From positions 1 to 44,075 of the forward strand of contig JAYZKF010000057.1 of the NCBI GenBank assembly GCA_036163755.1: 44,075 nucleotides of DNA, given 5' to 3'. The first letter of the stretch is position 1. Each line of letters opens with the position of its first letter. Positions 25,861 to 34,127 of the stretch are shown here, one piece after another. Below the pieces are notes generated by a model. That model was not told the DNA's origin. It saw only the letters and a list, made by a program, of their open reading frames with translations, and made no database searches. This DNA is from Fidelibacterota bacterium (GTDB lineage: Bacteria; Fidelibacterota; Marinisomatia; Marinisomatales; TCS55). The translations under genes were made by a program, and so were the position numbers.

Positions 25861-26589
25861 ATGAAAGCTGTTATACTTGCTGCAGGGGTATCAAGGAGGC
25901 TTTATCCTCTCACCTATGATATGCCAAAATGTTTGATTAAAGTTGGTGAAAAACCAATAATCAATCATCAATTAGATTCTCTAAAAAACTCGGGAATTAA
26001 TGATATAATAATTGTAGTGGGTTACCATAGAGAAATATTAATAGATCATATAAATACTAATTACCCAGATTTGAATATTAATTTTGTTATCAATCACCAC
26101 TATTTTGAAACGAACACAGCATACTCATTACAACTCTGCGATGAGCAGGTGAATAATGATCAATTCATTTTATTGAATGCTGATGTTTTATATCCCTATG
26201 AAGTACTTGAACGATTGATGAATTCTTCCCATAAAACTATTCTTGCAGTTGAAGTTAAGAAATGTGGCAGGGAAGAAGTAAAAGTAATTGAAGGCAAGGA
26301 TCAACGGCTTGTTGCAATTGGAAAAGATTTAATTGAGGATAATTGTCTTGGTGAGTTTATTGGGGTAGCAAAATTATCTCAAGACTTTTCAAGCATGTTT
26401 TTTAAGTCCCTTGATAAATTAATTAATGCAGGGGGCAAGTCAGACTATTTTGAAGCTGCAATGCACTCAATATTAGCTAACCACCCAGTTTTTTATGAGG
26501 ATGTGTCTGATTTACCATGTATTGAAATTGATTTTGTTGAAGATCTAGAAAATGCGCAAAATCTGGTCAAATCTGACTTGTTCAAATAA
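25861..26589 (+). CDS. Nucleotidyltransferase (LicC/GCD1-like sugar- or alcohol-phosphate cytidylyl/nucleotidyl transferase)
   Basis: MKAVILAAGVSRRLYPLTYDMPKCLIKV is an NTP_transferase G-rich loop, followed by LLNADVLY. Length 242 aa. An AGGAG SD lies upstream. Confidence 0.75.
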   Translation: MKAVILAAGVSRRLYPLTYDMPKCLIKVGEKPIINHQLDSLKNSGINDIIIVVGYHREILIDHINTNYPDLNINFVINHHYFETNTAYSLQLCDEQVNNDQFILLNADVLYPYEVLERLMNSSHKTILAVEVKKCGREEVKVIEGKDQRLVAIGKDLIEDNCLGEFIGVAKLSQDFSSMFFKSLDKLINAGGKSDYFEAAMHSILANHPVFYEDVSDLPCIEIDFVEDLENAQNLVKSDLFK

Positions 26590-26595
26590 TATAAC

Positions 26596-27258
26596 GTGAT
26601 CCCTGACTATATAATTATTGATTTTGATAGCACTTTTATTACTGAAGAATCATTAGATGAATTAGCTAAATATAAATTGCGTGACCAGCCTGATTCTCAA
26701 ACAATGTTAAATAAAATTAAATCTTTAACAAATGCTGGTATGAATGGTGATATTCCTTTTAAACAATCATTAGATGAGCGTATGGAAGTCCTTAATTTGA
26801 ATCGATCGGATATTAACTCTGTTTCTAAAATACTTTCAGAATGTGTGACACCTTCGTTTACAAAGAATAAATCTTTTTTCATTGAAAATAATAATAAGAT
26901 CATGATTCTTTCTGGAGGCTTTAAAGAACTAATTGTTCCTATAGTTGATGATTTTGGAATATCAAGTTCAAATGTTTTTGCTAATGACTTTATATATAAT
27001 TCGTCCGAACAAATAACTGGCATCAATCAAGATAACATAATGTCTAAAAATGGGGGTAAGGTTAAGCAATCAAAATTACTTAGTATACATGGCACTGTTC
27101 ATGTAATTGGCGATGGTTATACTGATTATGAAATAAAATTAGATGGTCCAGCAACACACTTTTTTGCATTTACAGAAAATGTTGAAAGAAAAAATATTTG
27201 CGAATTAGCAGATTTAACTCTGTCTAATTTTGATGATTATATCAATATTCTAAAATGA
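26596..27258 (+). CDS. HAD-IB hydrolase, phosphoserine-phosphatase-like
   Basis: GTG start. Motif I is IIIDFDSTF (DxDxT), motif II is ILSGGF, and the motif III/IV region is K...GDGYTDYE. The overall layout resembles small archaeal/human PSP enzymes. Confidence 0.7.
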   Translation: MIPDYIIIDFDSTFITEESLDELAKYKLRDQPDSQTMLNKIKSLTNAGMNGDIPFKQSLDERMEVLNLNRSDINSVSKILSECVTPSFTKNKSFFIENNNKIMILSGGFKELIVPIVDDFGISSSNVFANDFIYNSSEQITGINQDNIMSKNGGKVKQSKLLSIHGTVHVIGDGYTDYEIKLDGPATHFFAFTENVERKNICELADLTLSNFDDYINILK

Positions 27259-27322
27259 TTTGAAGAACTATATTTATTAAATTGTAACGGATTAAATAAT
27301 AAATTTTATTAATTAGGTCACC

Positions 27323-28582
27323 ATGCTCCAAAAAGTATTATCTGAAAAAATATCGCATTGGCAAGATGAAGTAAGTACTCTTCTTAAGGAACATGGAGAA
27401 AATAAAATTAGTGATGTTAGTATCAATCAAGCCTATGGTGGTATGCGAGGTGTAAAGGGCTTGATATGTGAAACATCGGCCGTTTCAGCTGATAAAGGCT
27501 TGATAATTCGTGGTTACCCACTACTTGATATAACACATATTTTACCTGAAGAAGCATTTTATTTATTGCTTACTGGTGATTTACCAAATCAAGCCGCTAA
27601 AGAAGATATTCAACAACAATTTAGAGCTCATCAAGATGTACCTGAATATATTTGGGAAGTTCTTTCGAAATTGCCTGATAACTCTCATCCTATGACAATG
27701 CTTTCTATAGCAATCCAATCTATGCAAGTAGACAGTAAATTTGTGAAAAAATATGATGAGGGAACACCTAAGTCAGATTATTGGAAATGGACGTTAGATG
27801 ATGGGATTAGATTAATTGGCGCTTTGCCAGGTATTGCCGCAGGGATTTACCGAATGAGGTATAATAAAGGTGACCTTATAGAACCAACAGACAATTTAGA
27901 TTGGGCAGGGAATTATGCTCATATGCTGGGTTTTGAAGATGATGATTTCAAAAAATTGATGCGTCTTTATTTAATGTTACATTGTGATCATGAAGGTGGC
28001 AATGTAAGCGCTTTCAGCTCATTAACAGTTTCATCTGCATTGTCTTCTCCTTTTTTATCTGTAGCTGCTGGCCTAAATGGCCTTGCTGGCCCATTGCATG
28101 GCTTGGCTAATCAAGAATGTTTAAAATTTGTTTTGGAAGTCCATGACCATTTTAAAGGTGCCCCTGATAAGGAAGAGTTAGAGAAGTTTTGTTGGGATAG
28201 ATTGCAGAATGGTCGCGTTATCCCGGGTTATGGCCATGCAGTCCTAAGATGTCCTGACCCACGATTTACCGCATTCTTATCATTTGGAAAGGATCATATT
28301 GTTAATGATGAAATATTCTCTATTGTTGAGAGATTATTCGAAGTTGTGCCTTCTGTATTAAAAGAACATGGTAAAGCAAAAAATCCATGGCCCAATGTAG
28401 ATGCTGCTTCAGGTTCACTATTGTATTTTTATGGATTAAAAGAGTTTAATTACTATACAGTATTATTTAGTATATCGAGGGCAATGGGTATTATTGCCCA
28501 AATGGTAATTAATCGTGCAATGGGAATACCAATTATGAGACCAAAGTCAATAACCACTGAATGGATTAAAAAGAATACCTGA
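27323..28582 (+). CDS. gltA: Citrate synthase (eukaryotic/mitochondrial-like type)
   Basis: HCDHEGGNVSA, GLAGPLHGLANQE, GRVIPGYGHAVLRCPDPRF and KNPWPNVDAASG. Length 419 aa. Confidence 0.9.
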   Translation: MLQKVLSEKISHWQDEVSTLLKEHGENKISDVSINQAYGGMRGVKGLICETSAVSADKGLIIRGYPLLDITHILPEEAFYLLLTGDLPNQAAKEDIQQQFRAHQDVPEYIWEVLSKLPDNSHPMTMLSIAIQSMQVDSKFVKKYDEGTPKSDYWKWTLDDGIRLIGALPGIAAGIYRMRYNKGDLIEPTDNLDWAGNYAHMLGFEDDDFKKLMRLYLMLHCDHEGGNVSAFSSLTVSSALSSPFLSVAAGLNGLAGPLHGLANQECLKFVLEVHDHFKGAPDKEELEKFCWDRLQNGRVIPGYGHAVLRCPDPRFTAFLSFGKDHIVNDEIFSIVERLFEVVPSVLKEHGKAKNPWPNVDAASGSLLYFYGLKEFNYYTVLFSISRAMGIIAQMVINRAMGIPIMRPKSITTEWIKKNT

Positions 28583-28628
28583 TACGAAATCCATTTTTTC
28601 TTCTAAGTATAAAACTTATTTTTAATTT

Positions 28629-29312
28629 ATGAGATGGCTTATTTCACTAGAGCTATGTGTTCTTGTCTTCACAGGTTGTGCATCACATCCAGTGATTAAT
28701 CCCCATTTGCCTGAGGCTGGAAAATCAAAAAAAGGTTATGCCTTATCTGTCGAAAATGTTGCACCTTATATGTGGTACAGAAGAGGAATTAGTGATAAAA
28801 GTGAAATTGGATTTCGCGTCGGGTTGCCAATTTATGGTACCGGGATTGATTATAGCCGGGTTGTTTTTCATAAAGAAAACAAATGGGATTTAGTGAATTT
28901 AGCTTGGTCTCTAAATCCAAATTATAATATTGATGCTACTTACTACAAATTTAAAACTAACAAATCAGATACTGGTTTTCTTAAATCACGATGGATGGGC
29001 TTCAGAGGGATGATTATACAAAAAGGAATTACTAATAATTCTAGTAATCGAATTGGGTTATTAATGGGTTTTCAATCGAATCCACGTTGGGGTGTTGAAT
29101 TTGGTTATTTTCATGACCCGTCTTCATTGCCAATCAATCAATTATTTAATCCTAAATATGATCCCAAAGCACCTGATAACCCCCCAAGGTTTTCTGATAA
29201 ACAGATGAAAGATTCTACTACAGGCTTTCCTTCAGAATATTCCCGTTTAACAGGGTTATCTTTGAGCATATTCTTTGATTTAGATGCTCCTAAGAAAAAA
29301 AATAAAAAATAA
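28629..29312 (+). CDS. Hypothetical lipoprotein, beta-rich (possible small outer-membrane protein)
   Basis: Lipobox VFTGC, alternating hydrophobic strands, and a Lys-rich C-terminal tail (APKKKNKK). No family recognised. Confidence 0.5.
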   Translation: MRWLISLELCVLVFTGCASHPVINPHLPEAGKSKKGYALSVENVAPYMWYRRGISDKSEIGFRVGLPIYGTGIDYSRVVFHKENKWDLVNLAWSLNPNYNIDATYYKFKTNKSDTGFLKSRWMGFRGMIIQKGITNNSSNRIGLLMGFQSNPRWGVEFGYFHDPSSLPINQLFNPKYDPKAPDNPPRFSDKQMKDSTTGFPSEYSRLTGLSLSIFFDLDAPKKKNKK

Positions 29313-29315
29313 ATT

Positions 29316-30194
29316 TTGTCACTAGCAAATATGATTAAAGAGCATTTTGATCGATGCGTAATTTCAAAATTTGATGGTCTTTCAGTTGACCATCCTATCA
29401 TTGTTTTAAATTCAATAAAAAATATTCTTGGTGATGATAAAGATGAACCATCAAAAATTTTGCTGAATTCCTTAGGAGTAACATCGAATCAATATCCCAA
29501 AAGAAATGATGACCAAATTTTGCTTGATCAAACTGTAAAAGAAGGTATTGGACTTACAGTATTTATATCAGACTTAATTGAATCATCTGAAATACATGAT
29601 TATAATAAAATGGAGCAAGAAGCAGCTCGGCTTCATCTAGTAAGTGAAAATGGATTAAGTGGTTTTGAAATTCTAATCGAACTCGCCTTAAAAGATTTTA
29701 ATCGTTTAGGAGAATTAGCGTATCATTTGCACCGAGCTATGAATTTTAATAAAGGCAAAAGTGAGGTATGGAACTATACTCGATGCTTAATAAAAGAGAT
29801 AGTAAAAGAAAAATTGTCAAAAAAACGTGAGAATATTGAAACCAAATTTGATTTAGATAAAAATATTTATAATAATCAAATTAGTACTTTAACATCAGCA
29901 CATCGACTATGGAATCTTAATTCAATTCGAAAGTCAGGTTTTGTCCAAGGAATCTCTTATTGGTTGTCTAAGCAAGAAGTTGATTCAATGAATGTCAATA
30001 ATCAAGATAAAGTGAACTTAGGTCTATCAAAGTATGTTAAAAGTGGGGGTAGATATTTTATTGAAATTGCTGAAGAATTAATTGATAGTCCGAAAAAAAT
30101 TATTGAACTGGAATCTCTTCGATATTTGTCGAATAATGCAAATCCAAAACATCTGTCATATATTTCTAATAGAATTATGAATTTATTACAATGA
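29316..30194 (+). CDS. Hypothetical protein (no recognisable family)
   Basis: The track start is TTG 29316, and ATG 29331 (MIKEHF) is an alternative. It looks helical, and its stop overlaps the next gene (ATGA). It is called a CDS on length and translational coupling only. Confidence 0.45.
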   Translation: MSLANMIKEHFDRCVISKFDGLSVDHPIIVLNSIKNILGDDKDEPSKILLNSLGVTSNQYPKRNDDQILLDQTVKEGIGLTVFISDLIESSEIHDYNKMEQEAARLHLVSENGLSGFEILIELALKDFNRLGELAYHLHRAMNFNKGKSEVWNYTRCLIKEIVKEKLSKKRENIETKFDLDKNIYNNQISTLTSAHRLWNLNSIRKSGFVQGISYWLSKQEVDSMNVNNQDKVNLGLSKYVKSGGRYFIEIAEELIDSPKKIIELESLRYLSNNANPKHLSYISNRIMNLLQ

Positions 30195-31039
30195 ATATAG
30201 CTGGTTACAGTCTCTATAGTATTGAAACAAGTCGATTTGGATTAGATGGTGGAACTATGTTTGGAATTATACCTAAGGCATTATGGGAAAAAGAAGCTCC
30301 ATCAGATAATGATAACCGTATAGAAATGGTTACAAGGTCATTATTATTGGTGGGGCATGATCGAAAAATTTTAATTGATACTGGAAATGGTGATAAATGG
30401 CAAGAGAAGTTCAAAGCACTTTATAATATTGATACTGAATCAATTAACTTGACTTCATCATTATCAAAATATGGATTTACTCCTGATGATATAACTGATG
30501 TTTTTTGTACTCATCTACATTTTGATCATATTGGAGGGAATACAAAAATAATTAATGAAAAATTAGTTCCTGTTTTTGAAAATGCAACTTATTGGATGCA
30601 GAAGGAAAATTGGGAGCTTGCAAACTCTCCTTCTGAAAGAGATCAAGGTAGTTTCATGAAGGATGACTGGTCAGTTTTAGCAGAAAACGGAATGATAGAT
30701 TTAGTTGACGGTAAAGAACCTTTCTTGCCAAACATTGAAATCGAATTATCATATGGTCATACAGTTGGAATGATGTTGCCAAAATTAACTGATGGTACAG
30801 AAACTATTATGTATATGGCAGATCTAATACCAATGGCTGCACATATTCCTTTGCCATGGATTATGGGATATGATATTCATTCGGGGTTAACCCTTAAAGA
30901 AAAAAGTAAATTAATGCCTAAAGCAGTTGAAGAAAATTGGACAATATTTTTTGAACATGATCCTTTGCATCAAGCTTGCAAAGTCCATTTTGACGGAAAG
31001 CATTTCAGATTAAAAAAATCAGTAATTATAAGTGAATGA
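30191..31039 (+). CDS. MBL-fold metallo-hydrolase
   Basis: THLHFDHIGG (HxHxDH) plus downstream His/Asp ligands (YGHTVGM, ADL). Length 282 aa. Confidence 0.8.
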   Translation: MNIAGYSLYSIETSRFGLDGGTMFGIIPKALWEKEAPSDNDNRIEMVTRSLLLVGHDRKILIDTGNGDKWQEKFKALYNIDTESINLTSSLSKYGFTPDDITDVFCTHLHFDHIGGNTKIINEKLVPVFENATYWMQKENWELANSPSERDQGSFMKDDWSVLAENGMIDLVDGKEPFLPNIEIELSYGHTVGMMLPKLTDGTETIMYMADLIPMAAHIPLPWIMGYDIHSGLTLKEKSKLMPKAVEENWTIFFEHDPLHQACKVHFDGKHFRLKKSVIISE

Positions 31040-31400
31040 ATCAGATAAAATGTCCGAACTATTCCTAAGAGGTTTGGATGAATATGATAAAGGAGAGTAT
31101 TTTGAAGCGCATGAGGCATGGGAAGACTTATGGTCTGATTATAATTTTCCAGATAGGAAATTTATCCAAGGATTAATTCAATTGTCTGTAAGCTTTGTTC
31201 ACCTAGGTAATGGGAATCTAATCGGTGCAAAGAACTTATTAAAAAAATGTCAACAGAAATTTGATGATTATAACGGTACGCACCGAGGAATAAATCTTCG
31301 GGATTTGAAATCTTCTATTGAGGTTGTTGAAATAGTTTATAGCGAATTAATTGATTGTAAAGATTTTGATTGGGATCTTGTACCAGTGCTAAAAAATTGA
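31032..31400 (+). CDS. DUF309-family protein
   Basis: YFEAHEAWEDLW...GLIQLSVSFVHLGNGNLIGA is the characteristic DUF309 pattern. It overlaps the MBL gene by 8 nt. Confidence 0.65.
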   Translation: MNESDKMSELFLRGLDEYDKGEYFEAHEAWEDLWSDYNFPDRKFIQGLIQLSVSFVHLGNGNLIGAKNLLKKCQQKFDDYNGTHRGINLRDLKSSIEVVEIVYSELIDCKDFDWDLVPVLKN

Positions 31401-31401
31401 A

Positions 31402-31740
31402 ATGAAAAATATTGCATTATTTATAAAGGATTTTAAAAAAGGAACGGAGATATCAAGCCATTTAGTTGATATGGATATTGATATTACTTTTTCTGAATCT
31501 ATTTACGATTTACCGGATCATTGTGAAATTGCTATTATTGATTTAAATGAAGAGAAATTTGCTAATAAGGAATTTATCACTGAAATAAAAAACCAGAGCG
31601 GTATAACTCTAATTGGATATATAGATAAAGTGACTAAAGGTATTTTTGATGATTATAAATCAATTGGGTGTGATATAATTTTGCCAAAAGCATCAATAGC
31701 AAAAAATATAAAAAAAATATTAAAAGAAATATTGAAGTGA
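31402..31740 (+). CDS. Small hypothetical protein with a receiver (CheY)-like alternating beta/alpha pattern, probably degenerate
   Basis: IALFIKD / IAIIDLN / LIGYID / CDIILPK resemble REC beta1/beta3/beta4/beta5 strands, but the N-terminal acidic pair is missing. The assignment is weak. Confidence 0.35.
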   Translation: MKNIALFIKDFKKGTEISSHLVDMDIDITFSESIYDLPDHCEIAIIDLNEEKFANKEFITEIKNQSGITLIGYIDKVTKGIFDDYKSIGCDIILPKASIAKNIKKILKEILK

Positions 31741-32390
31741 GGGAAACTATATCTGAGAAAACAGCACGAGCTGAAAAAATTGTTGGAGTTCTCAAAGAAA
31801 ATTATCCTGATTCAAAATGTTCACTGAATTATTCTTCTCCACATGAATTATTGATAGCTACAATTTTATCGGCTCAATGCACAGACCATAGAGTAAATCA
31901 AGTGACTCATGACTTGTTCAAGAAGTATTTGTCACTATCAGAGTTTGCTTATTGTGATGTTAACCTATTAGCAAAAGATATACATTCATGTGGGTACCAT
32001 AATCAAAAAGCCCGCAATATTCAATCTGCAAGTTTAATGATTGTAGAACATCACAATGGAAAAGTACCTAATAATTTAGAGGAATTAGTTAAGCTCCCTG
32101 GAGTAGGCAGAAAGACTGCAAATTGTGTGCTTGGAGAAATATTTAATATTCCTTCAATGGTGATTGATACGCATATGATTCGTATTATGAATCTTTTAAA
32201 ATTTGTTAATTCAAGAGACCCCAAAAATATAGAATTTGACTTAATGAAATTATTTAATGATAATGAATGGGTAAGTTTAACGCATATGATCATTGATCAT
32301 GGCAGGGCAGTTTGTATCGCAAGAAGGCCGAATTGTAATGAATGCGTACTTGCGCCATACTGTCCATCAGCTGAAATAAATACTTTCTAA
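31737..32390 (+). CDS. nth: Endonuclease III
   Basis: HhH-GPD motif LVKLPGVGRKTANCVL, catalytic Lys/Asp region, and C-terminal 4Fe-4S cluster CIARRPNCNECVLAPYC. Confidence 0.9.
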   Translation: MRETISEKTARAEKIVGVLKENYPDSKCSLNYSSPHELLIATILSAQCTDHRVNQVTHDLFKKYLSLSEFAYCDVNLLAKDIHSCGYHNQKARNIQSASLMIVEHHNGKVPNNLEELVKLPGVGRKTANCVLGEIFNIPSMVIDTHMIRIMNLLKFVNSRDPKNIEFDLMKLFNDNEWVSLTHMIIDHGRAVCIARRPNCNECVLAPYCPSAEINTF

Positions 32391-32447
32391 ATATTGCTGA
32401 CTAATAAGTAAATTCTATATCAATAATTAGTTGTATTATACAAATAA

Positions 32448-32855
32448 ATGAAAAATTTATATTTAACAAAATTATTTTACTTTAATGCAGCTCATCAATA
32501 TGGACATAAAGATTGGTCTGATGAGAAAAATCAAAATGTTTTTGGCCCTGATTCCAAAGTTCATGGACATAATTATATATTAGAGGTAATGGTCACTGGA
32601 GAAGTGGATGAAGATACTGGATTTATAGTGGATTTGGGTCATTTAAAAAAAATTGTCAATAAATATGTTATAGATGTTTTAGATCATACTCAATTTGAAA
32701 GAGAAGTTGAATGGTTTAAGGACAAGCAACCTAGTTCTGAAAACTTGGCACAGTTTATTTGGATACAAATTGAACCTCATTTAAAAGGTGCAACGCTTTA
32801 TCGAATACGGTTAAGGGAGACGCCAACCATATTTACTGATTATTATGGGAAATAA
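32448..32855 (+). CDS. queD: 6-carboxy-5,6,7,8-tetrahydropterin synthase
   Basis: FNAAHQY...HGHNY...DHT motifs of the PTPS/QueD family. Length 135 aa. Confidence 0.85.
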   Translation: MKNLYLTKLFYFNAAHQYGHKDWSDEKNQNVFGPDSKVHGHNYILEVMVTGEVDEDTGFIVDLGHLKKIVNKYVIDVLDHTQFEREVEWFKDKQPSSENLAQFIWIQIEPHLKGATLYRIRLRETPTIFTDYYGK

Positions 32856-32860
32856 TTATT

Positions 32861-33529
32861 ATGGAGTTTAAAGAAAAGCTTTTTTTATTTCTCAGCAGCA
32901 TTTTTTTAACATCACTTGTTGTTGGTAATATTATTGGAACGACAAAATTTGTTAATGTTTTTAGCTTAACAGTACCCGCAGGAACTCTTGCATATCCATT
33001 TACTTTTTTAGCAACAGATCTTATTTGTGAGTTATATGGTAAAAAGAGAGCTCAGGTTTTAGTTTGGATTGGATTTGCAATGAACTTTTTTATGTTGGGT
33101 TTGATGATGTTAGGCCATTATTTAAAAGATGCATCTGGTATTTCAGGAGCAACTTCGACATTTGAAAGTGTTTATAGTTTTATGATTGGCAATGTTATTG
33201 CATCAATGTTTGCATATTTAGTTGCTCAGAGTGTTGATGTGAGATTATTTCATTTTTGGAAGAGTTTAACTAAAGGTAAATATTTGTGGGTGCGAAATAA
33301 TTTATCTACAGTTGTAAGTCAGTTAGTTGATACAACTGCGATTTTATCAGTTCTTTATTTCGCTAATAATCTTGGTGGTAATGTTCGTACAATTGCGGAT
33401 CTTATAAGTCTAATTATAGCATCCTATTTATTTAAATTTTTCATTGCATTATTTGATACCCCATTATTTTATCTTGGAGTATGGGCACTTAAAGATAAAG
33501 TTTCCCCAGAATTAGTTTCGGAAAATTAA
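32861..33529 (+). CDS. yhhQ: Queuosine-precursor transporter (YhhQ/DUF165, VUT family)
   Basis: Polytopic membrane protein with AGTLAYPFTFLATDLICELYGKKRA and QLVDT motifs typical of YhhQ. Confidence 0.75.
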   Translation: MEFKEKLFLFLSSIFLTSLVVGNIIGTTKFVNVFSLTVPAGTLAYPFTFLATDLICELYGKKRAQVLVWIGFAMNFFMLGLMMLGHYLKDASGISGATSTFESVYSFMIGNVIASMFAYLVAQSVDVRLFHFWKSLTKGKYLWVRNNLSTVVSQLVDTTAILSVLYFANNLGGNVRTIADLISLIIASYLFKFFIALFDTPLFYLGVWALKDKVSPELVSEN

Positions 33530-33550
33530 TTTATTTAGAAAGAAAACCTA

Positions 33551-34114
33551 ATGACTAATAATTATGATAAATTAGAATCTTTAACAAGCGAATTGCTTCA
33601 ATTAATTGGTGAAGATATTAATAGGGATGGTTTAATTAAAACTCCGATGCGTGTAGCGAAAGCTTGGGATTATTTTTCGCAGGGTTATCGAACTAACATT
33701 GATGATGTAATCAACAATGCGATTTTTACTGAAAATTGTAAAGATATGATTGTCGTTAGAGATATTGAATTCTTTTCATTATGCGAGCACCACATGATAC
33801 CTTTTTTCGGCAGAGCACATGTTGGATATCTACCTGATGGTAAGATTATCGGACTTTCAAAAATTCCTAGAATAGTTGATATGTTTTCAAGGAGATTGCA
33901 GGTTCAAGAACGATTAACAGATGAGATTGCGAATACGATACAAAAAATCTTGAATCCTATTGGAGTTGCAGTTGTGATGGAAGGAAGGCATCTGTGCATG
34001 CAGATGCGAGGTGTTGAAAAGCAAAATAGTTTAGCTTCTACGTCAGCAATGTTAGGGCAATTTAGAAAATCAGCTGAGACTAGAGCTGAATTCTTAAGTA
34101 TTATAAGTAAGTAA
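33551..34114 (+). CDS. folE: GTP cyclohydrolase I
   Basis: [25 protein letters not shown]. Length 187 aa. Confidence 0.9.
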   Translation: MTNNYDKLESLTSELLQLIGEDINRDGLIKTPMRVAKAWDYFSQGYRTNIDDVINNAIFTENCKDMIVVRDIEFFSLCEHHMIPFFGRAHVGYLPDGKIIGLSKIPRIVDMFSRRLQVQERLTDEIANTIQKILNPIGVAVVMEGRHLCMQMRGVEKQNSLASTSAMLGQFRKSAETRAEFLSIISK

Positions 34115-34127
34115 AGAACTAATTGTT

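Noticed and set aside
32391-32447. A possible preQ1 riboswitch upstream of queD.
   Set aside because: The 57-nt spacer is AT-rich. It has no short GC hairpin plus A-rich tail resembling preQ1-I/II cores. An Infernal scan would be needed for certainty.
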